Shown here piece after piece: positions 1-8,722 of a stretch of 44,835 nucleotides of DNA. A program made the translations under genes and the position numbers. Each line of letters starts with the position of its first letter. The first letter of the stretch is position 1. A model generated the notes under the pieces. That model was given only the letters and a program-made list of their open reading frames with translations. It had not been told where the DNA came from and searched no databases. This DNA is from an uncultured Oscillospiraceae bacterium (GTDB lineage Bacteria; Bacillota; Clostridia; Oscillospirales; Oscillospiraceae). Location of the stretch: assembly GCA_944386185.1 (NCBI GenBank), contig CALXAF010000195.1, positions 1 through 44,835 on the forward strand, in the 5' to 3' direction.

Positions 1-82
1 TACTGTCTGGGAGCGCCTGGCCAATCGGATGTGCAAGGAGCGCCAGTGCTGTTAGGTAGATTATACATGAGAGCAATTCCAT
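1..82 (-). CDS. First 27 codons of a gene that continues beyond the left edge; hydrophobic N-terminus, function unknown
   Basis: ATG at 82-80 with GGAGG (93-89, minus strand) 6 nt upstream. Frame is open to the window edge. Translation: MELLSCIIYLTALALLAHPIGQALPDS. Confidence 0.45.
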   Translation of the reverse strand, partial: MELLSCIIYLTALALLAHPIGQALPDS

Positions 83-523
83 GATCAGCCTCCAAAACCT
101 AATTACTCTCTTTTATATATTTTAATATCCTGTTTTATTTAAAAATGATCGCGGGCAACATAACTTAATTGTACCGGGCAGCGCTTGGCGGCGCCGGTCC
201 TGATCCAAATAAATCATATTTTAGAACGATACCTGATTTTTGTCATTGGTCATAGTTAGAAAAACGTGCGGTTTTTCGCCATATTCTTCTATGTGTTACC
301 ATTCTCAAGCGGCGGTGTTTCGGACTGTGAAGCGGGCGCCCGTCCACTCCCGTATCCCTGCCAGAGCAGAGCCGCCCCAGCACTGGCGCTTGACTTCTAT
401 AGGAATAACCTTTACACTGGTCTTTATACCATTGATTCCTGCAGCAACCAGCGAGTCACAATTTCTGGTTCAGCCAGCCAGGATTTGATTACCTTAAAAG
501 CGTGTCTGGCCTTTTTTGCATAC

Positions 524-552
524 AAAAAAAGACGGCACTTAAAAGCGCCGTC
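524..552 (-). terminator. Rho-independent terminator of the TetR gene
   Basis: Minus strand reads GACGGCGC-TTTTAA-GTGCCGTC followed by T7, about 20 nt after the TAG stop at 576-574. Confidence 0.7.
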
Positions 553-573
553 CCGTGATAAAAAAGCCGGAGG

Positions 574-1182
574 CTACAGATCGTCTGCGCGATTGCCGTC
601 CATCGCTTCCGCCCGTTTATTGACTTGTACATAAATAAGGTCATCTGTACTTTTCAAGAGGGAGACAAAGTCCTCAGGCGGCAGTTTCGTCCCCTCGTTT
701 AACCAGCGGAAGATCGAGAACAGGACTGCGTCCGCGATAAAATGCGTATAAAATGCCTGAACTTCCTCCGGCGCAATACCTCCCCTGTTGGCTACAGCGT
801 CTATCTCACCAGGCTCAGGTATGATAAACTGCTCGACCACATTAAAGAGGAAATCCTGAAAATACTGGCGGAAAGAGTTCTGGCCATTGAACTGCATTAA
901 TCTTTCGTAGTAGTCTCTCTCCTGATATAAATACCGGCAGAGAGCCTCAACTACTGTCCAGCGATCACCTGCATCTGATCTCTTCATCACTGAGATGAAC
1001 TCTGTCTCAAAGATCCACTCAACCAAGGCGTACTTGTCCTGAAAATGGTAGTAAAAGGTTTTTCGGCTCACCTGGCAGGCATCGCAGACGTCATTGACGC
1101 CGACTTTGTCAAAGGGTCTTGACCTGACCAGTTCTTTTAGCGCCTGAGCCAGTGCCCTTTTTGTCAGATTTGCCTCTGGCAT
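574..1182 (-). CDS. TetR/AcrR family transcriptional regulator (DhaS-like subgroup)
   Basis: N-terminal HTH FDKVGVNDVCDACQVSRKTFYYHFQDKYALVEW is typical of TetR regulators and resembles the dihydroxyacetone-kinase regulator subgroup. GGAGG lies upstream of ATG 1182. Confidence 0.85.
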   Translation of the reverse strand: MPEANLTKRALAQALKELVRSRPFDKVGVNDVCDACQVSRKTFYYHFQDKYALVEWIFETEFISVMKRSDAGDRWTVVEALCRYLYQERDYYERLMQFNGQNSFRQYFQDFLFNVVEQFIIPEPGEIDAVANRGGIAPEEVQAFYTHFIADAVLFSIFRWLNEGTKLPPEDFVSLLKSTDDLIYVQVNKRAEAMDGNRADDL

Positions 1183-1393
1183 CCGGACGGTACCTCCTTC
1201 TAGTTTATTCGATTATAGTATACCAAAAAGCATAGAAGCAGGCAAGCTCCTGCACAGAGCGCTTTGCAGTGAACACATGTGCGGTTATTATGTCTCCGCA
1301 TAATGAAAATCTGGAGCAAAATATATGAGAGCTTGTTGTAACCGCCATTTCATATATTGAAAATTGTACTGTATATTGTTTGGAGGCTGGCAA

Positions 1394-1741
1394 ATGGACA
1401 ACGAAACTATCATGAAGGGCATACTCGACAGTTACCCATATCCCATCTTATTTGTAGATGACACATACACTATACGCTTTATGAACAGATACGCTCAATA
1501 TCACTACTACCAGGAGCGTGGTTATGGGCCGCTCATAGGCAAATCCATATTTGACTGCCATGACACTCAGGCAGCAAAAGAGCGCATCCGCTCCGCGTTT
1601 GAGAAGATGAAAAGCGACGGCAAGGAAATATTCATAAAAGTCAACAGCCGGAACCAGCGGCTCTACATGCAGCCGGTACGGGACGATACCGGCAGGCTTA
1701 TCGGTTTTTTCGAGAGATTTGAGTTAAACCTGCAGCTATGA
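1394..1741 (+). CDS. Small single-domain PAS-like sensor protein
   Basis: About 115 aa with a PAS-like N-terminus (ILDSYPYPILFVDDTYTIRFMN). GGAGG lies 7 nt upstream of ATG 1394. The ORF-track start at 1364 has no RBS. Confidence 0.6.
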   Translation: MDNETIMKGILDSYPYPILFVDDTYTIRFMNRYAQYHYYQERGYGPLIGKSIFDCHDTQAAKERIRSAFEKMKSDGKEIFIKVNSRNQRLYMQPVRDDTGRLIGFFERFELNLQL

Positions 1742-1795
1742 GCCGCGCGCATACTGTGGGTATGCCTTATTTACATAGTCTTCACATGACATACA

Positions 1796-1962
1796 TGGTA
1801 TAATAGCCGCAGGGCGGCTATTATACCTCAATTTACAACGCGGCCTGCGGCCATGCGCACATTATACCATTCGCGCTTTGCGCTCTTGGTATAACTGCCG
1901 CAGGGCGGCTATTCTACATCGATTTAAAGCGCGGCCTGCGGCTTTGCGCTCATGGTATAATG
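1796..1962. repeat. Tandem duplication of a promoter/hairpin unit: 91-bp unit, 66-bp unit, and the start of a third
   Basis: Unit A is 1796-1886 and unit B is 1887-1952 (same as A minus about 25 nt); a third start lies at 1953-1962. Each unit begins TGGTATAA(T/C). Unit A holds a perfect hairpin, GGTATAATAGCCGC-AGG-GCGGCTATTATACC (1797-1827). CGCGGCCTGCGGC recurs at 1839-1851 and 1930-1942, a 91-bp period. Confidence 0.85.
1953..1961 (+). promoter_or_regulatory. Extended -10 box (TGGTATAAT), candidate trxB-dut promoter
   Basis: TGnTATAAT consensus about 25 nt upstream of the ATG at 1987. AAGGAGGAG RBS at 1975-1983. Confidence 0.5.
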
Positions 1963-1986
1963 ATATGAAACTTCAAGGAGGAGATT

Positions 1987-2901
1987 ATGTACGACGTTAT
2001 TATTATAGGCGGCGGCCCGGCCGGCCTCACTGCCGCCATCTATGCCCGGAGAGCTGGACTCTCCGCCCTTGTGCTGGAGGCCTCGGTCTGCGGCGGCCAG
2101 ATAGTGAATTCGCCCCAGGTGGACAACTATCCGGCCCTGCCCAATGTGCCCGGCTGGCAGTTTGCCACCCAACTCCAGGGGCAGGCCGAATCCCTCGGAG
2201 CTGAAATCCTCACGGCCCAGGCTCAGTCCATTGAGAAATCCGATCGTTGTTTCTCCGTCTCCACCTCATCCGGCCAGGAGGAGTGCCGCACAGTGATTAT
2301 CGCAAACGGCGCCGCTCCCAGAAGGCTCGACTGCCCCGGTGCCGACGAATACTTTGGCCGCGGCGTCTCAGCCTGCGCCACCTGTGACGGCGCCTTCTTC
2401 CGTGGGAAGGACACTGTAGTTGTGGGCGGCGGAAACACGGCCTTTGAGGACGCCGAGTACTTATCGGCCCTGTGTTCCTCAGTCACTCTAATAAATAGAC
2501 GCGCCCAGTTCAGGGCGGATGAGCAGAATGTGGAGTCCCTCCGCTCCAGGGAGAACGTGACAATAATGACTCCCTGGGTGCCTGTTGAGGTGACAGGTGA
2601 CGGCTCGCGTGTGACCGGCCTCAGGATCAAAAACACCGATACAAATGAGGAACAGGTACTCAGTGTGTCCGGAGTCTTCGCCGCCATAGGCGTCCAGCCT
2701 GACAACAGGCGTTTTGAGGGGCTTGTGGAGCTGGACCCATCCGGCTATATCGTGGCGGGTGAGGACTGCCTCACAGACACCCCCGGTGTTTTTGCCGCCG
2801 GCGACACCAGGACTAAAAAACTGCGTCAGCTTGTGACAGCCGCCTCTGACGGGGCTATGGCCGCAAACCAGGCTGCGGCGTTTATACGCGCACAAAAGTA
2901 A
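1987..2901 (+). CDS. trxB: Thioredoxin-disulfide reductase
   Basis: FAD motif IIGGGPAGLTAAIYA, redox-active CATCDG, second dinucleotide motif VVGGGNTA, C-terminal GVFAAGD. Strong RBS. Confidence 0.95.
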   Translation: MYDVIIIGGGPAGLTAAIYARRAGLSALVLEASVCGGQIVNSPQVDNYPALPNVPGWQFATQLQGQAESLGAEILTAQAQSIEKSDRCFSVSTSSGQEECRTVIIANGAAPRRLDCPGADEYFGRGVSACATCDGAFFRGKDTVVVGGGNTAFEDAEYLSALCSSVTLINRRAQFRADEQNVESLRSRENVTIMTPWVPVEVTGDGSRVTGLRIKNTDTNEEQVLSVSGVFAAIGVQPDNRRFEGLVELDPSGYIVAGEDCLTDTPGVFAAGDTRTKKLRQLVTAASDGAMAANQAAAFIRAQK

Positions 2902-2930
2902 AAATCACCTTGATGATCTTGGAGGTATAC

Positions 2931-3374
2931 ATGGATAATATAACTATAAAGGTCAAAAAGCTCTCTCCAAAGGCCATCCTTCCTGTGAGGGGTTCTGAGT
3001 TCGCGGCCGGCGCTGACCTGTGCGCCTGCACTGACCAGGACATAGTGGTGGCCCCCGGTGAAACCGTCTTTGTACATACGGGCCTCTCTGCGGAGATCCC
3101 AGTGGGTTACGCCGGTTTCGTCTTCGCCCGCAGTGGTTTGGCCTCAAAAAGCGGCCTGGCCCCGGCCAACAAGGTGGGTGTTGTGGACTCTGATTACCGC
3201 GGCGAGTACATGGTTGCCCTTTTGAACCACGGCTCGGAACCTGTGACTATAACCCACGGCCAGAGGGTGGCTCAGCTGGTGGTCATGCCGGTGGCCTTCA
3301 CAAATTTTGTGGAGGCGGATGAGCTCTCTGAGACTGGCCGCGGCGCCGGCGGCTTCGGCTCAACAGGTAAATAA
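2931..3374 (+). CDS. dut: dUTP diphosphatase
   Basis: dUTPase motifs AAGADL, RSGLA, VVDSDYRGE, GQRVAQLV and C-terminal RGAGGFGSTG. GGAGG lies 5 nt before ATG 2931. Confidence 0.93.
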   Translation: MDNITIKVKKLSPKAILPVRGSEFAAGADLCACTDQDIVVAPGETVFVHTGLSAEIPVGYAGFVFARSGLASKSGLAPANKVGVVDSDYRGEYMVALLNHGSEPVTITHGQRVAQLVVMPVAFTNFVEADELSETGRGAGGFGSTGK

Positions 3375-3380
3375 GGCTTT

Positions 3381-3408
3381 GCGCTCCGGACTTCTACCTC
3401 CGGAGCGC
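3381..3408. terminator. Bidirectional terminator between dut and the GNAT gene
   Basis: GCGCTCCGGA (3381-3390) pairs with TCCGGAGCGC (3399-3408). T-rich on the plus side (TTATTTTAT). Confidence 0.75.
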
Positions 3409-3413
3409 TTATT

Positions 3414-3965
3414 TTATCTCAGCTCATGCATAGCGTAATTGATCTTTACCATGTGGACATGATCCTCCCAAACCCCATTGATATTTAGATAATACTTTGA
3501 TATTCCCTCATTTTCAAATCCGTTTTTCTCAAGGACACGCAGTGAAGCCCTGTTCCTAGGCATAACGTTCGCCTCTATCCTGTGCAGTCCGATCTCTTCA
3601 AAGGCATATTCAACCATCATTGCGACGGCCATAGACATATATCCCCTGTTGACAAATTCCCTGTCGAGTTTATACCCCAGGAACGCCGATCTAAAGGCCC
3701 CAAACACCACATTGCTCAACCCTATGGAGCCTATGACCATGCTATTGTCATTTACCGGCCTTATATAGAAGCGGTATTCCCTCCCCTCTTCCATCCGGCA
3801 CATCTCTCCTCTGAGATTTTCCCTCTGGCTCTCAATTGAGTAGAAGCCCTCACCGCGCAGGGGTTCAAACTTCTCCAAAAATCGCCTGTTTCGCCTGTAG
3901 TAATCCGCTACCTGCTCCGAAAGGGAAAGATCCGCCGGCACAAGCTCTATATATTCATTCTTCAT
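3414..3965 (-). CDS. GNAT family N-acetyltransferase, RimJ/RimL-like
   Basis: GYKLD..NRGYMSMAV..EYAFEEIGLHRIEANVMPRNRASLRVLEKNGFENEG is typical of ribosomal-protein-type GNATs. Confidence 0.85.
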   Translation of the reverse strand: MKNEYIELVPADLSLSEQVADYYRRNRRFLEKFEPLRGEGFYSIESQRENLRGEMCRMEEGREYRFYIRPVNDNSMVIGSIGLSNVVFGAFRSAFLGYKLDREFVNRGYMSMAVAMMVEYAFEEIGLHRIEANVMPRNRASLRVLEKNGFENEGISKYYLNINGVWEDHVHMVKINYAMHELR

Positions 3966-3983
3966 CTTACCTCACCTTACGGA

Positions 3984-4520
3984 TCATCTCATCATGAAAC
4001 CGGCCCACTCACGGCCATCTCTGCGCTCCGACCAGTAGGCGAGCCTTTCGATATACTCTTCCCTCCGCCCATCTATCTTTTCCCTGCAGTTTTCCACTCC
4101 ATACCTATATACCATGGATGTCAGTTCATACATAGGGCCGCCTATCGCGTGTCCGGCTGTATGTACCACTGAGCACGCCTGCCCCACCGCGTGGCACAGA
4201 GCTATATCCGCCTTTGAGTTCAGCTCTTTTGCCAGGGCATGGCAGTCTAGTATCATCCTCTGGGCCGGACGCATCTTGATTTTCCCAGATGCCCATTCCC
4301 AGGCTCCCTGGAGCGCCAGTCTCGGCCGTTTCTCACCAGGGTATCTCCTCTCCAACTCATCCACTGAGTTCTCAGCCAGTTCCAGGGCCCACAGCACCAG
4401 AGTCCTGTGGTCACTCCCACGGATTAGCTCTGTCAAGCCGCTCAGATACCCGCAGTCCTTAGTGAACAGTACCTGATTGCCCCTTTTGAGCCTATCCCTC
4501 ACCTCACAAAGCCAGTCCAT
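3984..4520 (-). CDS. Conserved hypothetical all-alpha protein (vague resemblance to predicted immunity-protein families)
   Basis: Coding-looking sequence with an open frame. GGAGGG lies 6 nt before ATG 4520; the ORF-track start at 4556 is a GTG without RBS. I could not recognise a diagnostic motif with certainty. Confidence 0.55.
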   Translation of the reverse strand: MDWLCEVRDRLKRGNQVLFTKDCGYLSGLTELIRGSDHRTLVLWALELAENSVDELERRYPGEKRPRLALQGAWEWASGKIKMRPAQRMILDCHALAKELNSKADIALCHAVGQACSVVHTAGHAIGGPMYELTSMVYRYGVENCREKIDGRREEYIERLAYWSERRDGREWAGFMMR

Positions 4521-4623
4521 AATACCCTCCATTTTTCTCTTTTCATATATTACCACTTCCGAACTTCCTCTTCAAGCTGTCAGCCCGGCAGTTGCCGGTT
4601 GCCACCCGTTCCTCCCGTTACTG

Positions 4624-4652
4624 TTGACTTCCCATATGTTGCCTGTTATAAT
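4624..4652 (+). promoter_or_regulatory. Sigma-70-type promoter for the arsR/sdpI pair
   Basis: TTGACT (4624-4629), 17-nt spacer, TATAAT (4647-4652). The 10-bp palindrome TATTTAAATA (4654-4663) immediately downstream could be the ArsR-type operator. Confidence 0.6.
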
Positions 4653-4686
4653 CTATTTAAATAATTCTTGAAATAGGTGAGAGTAA

Positions 4687-4962
4687 TTGGCACTTCCAGA
4701 TACCTTTAAGGCTCTATCAGACCCGGCACGGCGGCAGATATTGACACTTCTGCGCGGCGGGGCCATGAGCGCGGGAGATATAAGCCGGAGCCTTGGCGTC
4801 TCGCCGGCCGGTCTCTCCTATCACCTCTCACTTCTTAAAAAGGCTGACCTTGTGTTGGAATATAAGCGGAAAAATTTTGTTTTCTATGAGTTAAACACAT
4901 CCGTATTTCAGGAATTGATATTGTGGCTCGGCCAATTTGGAGGTAGCGGCAGTGAAAATTAA
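4687..4962 (+). CDS. ArsR/SmtB family transcriptional regulator (SdpR-like autorepressor)
   Basis: Winged-helix motif LSDPARRQILTLLRGGAMSAGDISRSLGVSPAGLSYHLSLLKKADLV. TTG start with AGGTGAG RBS. Confidence 0.85.
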   Translation: MALPDTFKALSDPARRQILTLLRGGAMSAGDISRSLGVSPAGLSYHLSLLKKADLVLEYKRKNFVFYELNTSVFQELILWLGQFGGSGSEN

Positions 4963-5623
4963 GGCGCTTTGGGTCATATCCTTTTTATCCCTAATTATAA
5001 CGTGTGCCGTCATCCCGTTTATGCCGGATTTGGTGCCAATGCATTATAGCCTTGACGGCCAGATAGACAGGTGGGGTTCAAAATATGAGAACCTCATTTT
5101 TCCAGCTATCACACTGGCGCTTGCACTCTTTTGGACTCTGCTTATTAAGCACTTCTATAGATTCACCCGCTCCGGAGACGGCAAAACCTCCTCACAGGCG
5201 GCAGCCAATATAAAGGTACTGAGGACAGCCTCAATAGTGACGGCCTGCCTGTTTACACTGTTCCAGGTGCTCATACTCCTGATCAGTTTTAAATCAGCGC
5301 CGCTTCAGATGGCAGATCTGCTGTCCATCATTGTCATGCTGCTGGGGCTCATGATCGTAATTCTTGGAAACCTGATGCCAAAGACAAGAATAAACGGCCT
5401 TATCGGCCTGCGTACCCCATGGAGCATGAAAAGCGATGAGCTCTGGGCGAAGAGCAACCGGTTTGGCGGAATATCATTTGTGATATCAGGACTCATCATG
5501 ATACTATCCGGCGCCCTGCTGTCCGGTGCGGCAGCCCTCACAGTCTCAATGGCCGTCCTTATAATCGCCTGTATACTATCGGTCACCTATTCGTATGTAA
5601 TATGCAAAAAGGCGGAAAAATAA
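4952..5623 (+). CDS. SdpI/YhfL family membrane protein with N-terminal DUF1648
   Basis: MPDLVPMHYSLDGQIDRWGSKYE (DUF1648-like) and NGLIGLRTPWSMKSDELWAKSNRFGG (SdpI-like), multi-TM. GTG 4952 follows GGAGG and overlaps the arsR stop by 11 nt. Confidence 0.8.
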   Translation: MKIKALWVISFLSLIITCAVIPFMPDLVPMHYSLDGQIDRWGSKYENLIFPAITLALALFWTLLIKHFYRFTRSGDGKTSSQAAANIKVLRTASIVTACLFTLFQVLILLISFKSAPLQMADLLSIIVMLLGLMIVILGNLMPKTRINGLIGLRTPWSMKSDELWAKSNRFGGISFVISGLIMILSGALLSGAAALTVSMAVLIIACILSVTYSYVICKKAEK

Positions 5624-5624
5624 A

Positions 5625-5657
5625 AAGGAAGAGCTTTTGGCCCTTCCTTTTGTTTTC
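5625..5657 (+). terminator. Rho-independent terminator after the sdpI-like gene
   Basis: AAGGAAG..CTTCCTT hairpin followed by TTTGTTTTC. Confidence 0.65.
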
Positions 5658-5674
5658 AGTCTTTTACAGTCCGC

Positions 5675-5857
5675 TCAGATGTCGGCAAAGTCCTCGAATT
5701 CCTCAGATGTAAAGTTCTTTTTCCCACTGTTCAGCTTCGCGGCGATGTCGCAAAAAAAATCCTTTATCTGATCCTTGAACAATACTACGGCCGTCACAGC
5801 GGCGGCGGCAAAGACGAAGACAGATATGAGACTGACTATAGCTTTTGTACTCTTCAT
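5675..5857 (-). CDS. Small single-pass membrane protein, unknown function
   Basis: 60 aa with one TM (IVSLISVFVFAAAAVTAVVLF) and an acidic C-terminus. AAGGGGG upstream of the ATG. Confidence 0.55.
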   Translation of the reverse strand: MKSTKAIVSLISVFVFAAAAVTAVVLFKDQIKDFFCDIAAKLNSGKKNFTSEEFEDFADI

Positions 5858-6010
5858 ATTACGGACTGCCCCCTTTAACCTTTAAATTTATTAAGTTTAT
5901 ATTATTTTACACCAGAGGCGCTGTGAATTCAATACCTTTCCAACTTGTTCAAAATCTATTTAAAATTTATTTTCTCTGTGCGGATATATAGGCAAAAAAC
6001 ACAAATAAGC

Positions 6011-6039
6011 TTGTAGTTCCCGCATAAATATATTATAAT
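6011..6039 (+). promoter_or_regulatory. Sigma-70-type promoter for asp23-fakA
   Basis: TTGTAG (6011-6016), 17-nt spacer, TATAAT (6034-6039). Confidence 0.6.
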
Positions 6040-6099
6040 AAGTTACCAGACCCAAAAATCGGCGGTGTTTTCCGTCTCGTTTTATCAGAGGTGTATGAT

Positions 6100-6453
6100 A
6101 TGGTAAAGTTTCAGAACAACTTAGGCAGCATCACCTTGTCACCTGATGTATTCACCACCCTCGTAGGCGATGCGGCCACAAGCTGTTTCGGCGTTAAGGG
6201 CATGGCGATGCGTTCCATGACCGACGGATTGGTCCACCTTTTGAAGAGGGAGGCCATGGGCAAGGGCGTATATATCACTTATGGTGACGGCCCATATATT
6301 CTCATAGAGCTACACATCATTGTAGACCAAGGGGTGAACATACCAGTCCTATGCGGCAGCATCATCAGCGAGGTCAGGTACAAAGTCACCTCCGCCACCG
6401 GTATCGATGTCAAGAGCGTCGATGTCTTTGTGGATTCAATAAGTATTGACTGA
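6100..6453 (+). CDS. Asp23/Gls24 family envelope-stress (alkaline shock) protein
   Basis: LGSITLSPDVFTTLVGDAATSCFGVKGMA is typical of Asp23/YloU. AGAGGTG RBS before ATG 6100. Confidence 0.88.
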   Translation: MVKFQNNLGSITLSPDVFTTLVGDAATSCFGVKGMAMRSMTDGLVHLLKREAMGKGVYITYGDGPYILIELHIIVDQGVNIPVLCGSIISEVRYKVTSATGIDVKSVDVFVDSISID

Positions 6454-6467
6454 CGGAGGCTGGAAAG

Positions 6468-8099
6468 TTGACACAGACGATCGATTCAACGCTTTTTAAA
6501 AGCATGGTGATGAGCGGCGCCGCTCTTTTGGAACAAAACAAACAGAATATTAACGACCTCAACGTATTCCCTGTCCCTGACGGCGACACGGGAACAAACA
6601 TGAGCCTTACTCTCAACGCCGGCGTGACGGCGCTGAAAAATGGTTCTTTTGATACCGTAGGCGCCCAGGCTGACGCCGTCGCCGGCGCTCTCCTGCGCGG
6701 GGCACGCGGAAACTCCGGTGTCATACTGTCGCTGCTTTTCAGAGGGCTCTCAAAGTCGCTGCACGGCAAAGGCGATATAGGTTCCTATGAGTTGGCGTCC
6801 GCCTTTTCGGAAGGCGTTGCCGTGGCATATAAAGCAGTCATGCGCCCGACTGAGGGCACCATCCTAACTGTATCGCGCCTGGCCTCCGAGGCCGCTCTTG
6901 AATATGCCGAAACCCAGGATGAACTTGAACCCATGTTCGAGCGCATGCTCGAAGTGGGCGGTCAGGCTCTGGCGGCAACCACAGAGCAGAATCCTGTGCT
7001 TAAAAAAGCCGGTGTTGTTGACGCCGGAGCCAAGGGTTATCTCCTTATAATCCGCGGCATGCTTCTTGCCCTTCAGGGTTCTCCTGTGGAGGCAAGTGAA
7101 CCATCTGGCGGCACGTCGCAGGATTCGGCTCAGTTCGATACATTCAGCGACGAGGACATCACTTACACATACTGCACTGAGTTTATTGTCAGCCGTGAGA
7201 ATCTCCGGTCTGTGGACGCCCTGCGTGAGTTCCTGTCTGGCATCGGCGACAGCATTGTGGTGGTGGACGACGACGAAATTATAAAGGTACACGTGCACAC
7301 GGATATGCCTGGCGCCGTGCTGACCCAGGCTCTTACATATGGGAGCCTTGTGTCTGTAAAGATAGAGAACATGCGTCTGCAGCACACGCAGATGATAGAG
7401 AATCAGGCCGGTCCCGCTTCGGATGGGCCTGCCGCCCCTGAAAAGAAATACGGTGTTGTCGCTGTATGTGCCGGAGATGGGATGCGCGACGTATTCGACA
7501 ATCTCGGCGTGGACGCGGTTGTCACTGGCGGACAGACTATGAATCCATCCACCGAGGACATACTGAAAGCTGTTGAATCTGTGCCGGCTGAGATTGTCTT
7601 TGTCCTCCCAAACAATAAAAATATCATCATGGCCGCCCAGCAGTGTGAGCCGCTGTCCACCAGGCGTGTGGTGGTGATACCGTCAAAGACTGTCCCGCAG
7701 GGTATTTCGGCAATGGTTAACTTTGATCAGGATATGGAGCTTGAAGCCCTGACCGGCGCTATGACCAGCGCCTGTTCCACTGTCCATACTGCACTTGTCA
7801 CATACGCTGCCCGTGACTCAGAATTTGATGGGACCCCAATAAAGGCCGGCGAGTATCTTGCGCTTCTGGAGAACTCCCTTTTGGCCTGTGCGCCGGATCT
7901 ATCCCTCTTGTTCACAGAGATATCCGCCGCCATCCGACAGTTTGACCCGGAAGTGCTGACTATTTTCTATGGGGAAAACGTGAAGGATGATGCCGCGAAG
8001 ACGGTTGAGGATAAGTTATCCTCCGATTTTCCTGACGCCGACATCACTCTCATCAACGGCGGACAGCCAGTGTACTACTATATGATATCCGCTGAGTAA
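6468..8099 (+). CDS. fakA: DAK2-domain protein of the YloV/FakA type (fatty acid kinase catalytic subunit)
   Basis: DAK2 motifs NVFPVPDGDTGTNMSLT and RGARGNSGVILS, plus the long YloV-type C-terminal domain. It sits directly after an Asp23 gene, as in Bacillus yloU-yloV. TTG start after GGAGG. Confidence 0.88.
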   Translation: MTQTIDSTLFKSMVMSGAALLEQNKQNINDLNVFPVPDGDTGTNMSLTLNAGVTALKNGSFDTVGAQADAVAGALLRGARGNSGVILSLLFRGLSKSLHGKGDIGSYELASAFSEGVAVAYKAVMRPTEGTILTVSRLASEAALEYAETQDELEPMFERMLEVGGQALAATTEQNPVLKKAGVVDAGAKGYLLIIRGMLLALQGSPVEASEPSGGTSQDSAQFDTFSDEDITYTYCTEFIVSRENLRSVDALREFLSGIGDSIVVVDDDEIIKVHVHTDMPGAVLTQALTYGSLVSVKIENMRLQHTQMIENQAGPASDGPAAPEKKYGVVAVCAGDGMRDVFDNLGVDAVVTGGQTMNPSTEDILKAVESVPAEIVFVLPNNKNIIMAAQQCEPLSTRRVVVIPSKTVPQGISAMVNFDQDMELEALTGAMTSACSTVHTALVTYAARDSEFDGTPIKAGEYLALLENSLLACAPDLSLLFTEISAAIRQFDPEVLTIFYGENVKDDAAKTVEDKLSSDFPDADITLINGGQPVYYYMISAE

Positions 8100-8108
8100 A
8101 ATCCACGT

Positions 8109-8136
8109 AAAAAGCCCGCTTCAAGGCGGGCTTTTT
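8109..8136 (+). terminator. Rho-independent terminator after fakA
   Basis: AAAAAGCCCGC-TTCAAG-GCGGGCTTTTT. Confidence 0.85.
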
Positions 8137-8242
8137 CTTATCCTGGAGACTGTTCCACCGATATTCTACCACTGGGGGGTCTTCTTTTCCCGTTCGATGA
8201 AGTAAAATACGGCCATATCAAGGCTATCGACGGAGGTATCCA

Positions 8243-8719
8243 ATGAATCAGATCATTATCGGTAAATTTATATCCCAGAGGCGGAAGCTCAAGAGCATGA
8301 CTCAGGAGCAGCTGGCTGAAAAGCTGGGCGTTTCCAATAAGACTGTCTCCAAGTGGGAGACTGGCCGGAGCATGCCCGACTATTCGCTGATCTCTCCCCT
8401 GTGTATGGAGCTGGATATCTCCATAGCTGAACTTATGGAGGGCAGTATGAAAGAAGAAACTTCAAAAAAAGACAGCTCCTTTGACGACCAGCAGCTCCTG
8501 GATATGCTCCGGCATATCCAGAGGCTTGAGTGGGAGAAGCGTCTCATGTACTCGATCATCCTTATAATCCTGGGTATGGCCTCTCTGGCCCTTTCAAATA
8601 CCATATCCGGCGGTTCCACTGTTATGGAGTTTATCTCCGGTTTCCTGCTTGGCATATCCATACCGGTGATGCTCATAGGCGCCGGATACGCGATCTGGCT
8701 CCTCAGCCGGAACAAGTAA
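8243..8719 (+). CDS. XRE-family helix-turn-helix regulator with C-terminal transmembrane segments
   Basis: FISQRRKLKSMTQEQLAEKLGVSNKTVSKWETGRSMPD HTH, then two hydrophobic helices. GGAGG RBS. Confidence 0.85.
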   Translation: MNQIIIGKFISQRRKLKSMTQEQLAEKLGVSNKTVSKWETGRSMPDYSLISPLCMELDISIAELMEGSMKEETSKKDSSFDDQQLLDMLRHIQRLEWEKRLMYSIILIILGMASLALSNTISGGSTVMEFISGFLLGISIPVMLIGAGYAIWLLSRNK

Positions 8720-8722
8720 GCG

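Noticed and set aside
100-573. A roughly 470-bp stretch without a supported gene. It contains plus-strand ORFs at 240-488 and 266-634, and minus-strand fragments such as TSVKVIPIEVKRQCWGGSALAGIREWTGARFTVRNTAA (about 300-415).
   Set aside because: The plus-strand ORFs have no RBS, have implausible composition, and run into the TetR gene and its terminator. The minus-strand fragment is short, interrupted by stops in every frame, and not assignable to a family by eye. It may be a decayed gene remnant, but I cannot support a call. BLASTX of this region would settle it.
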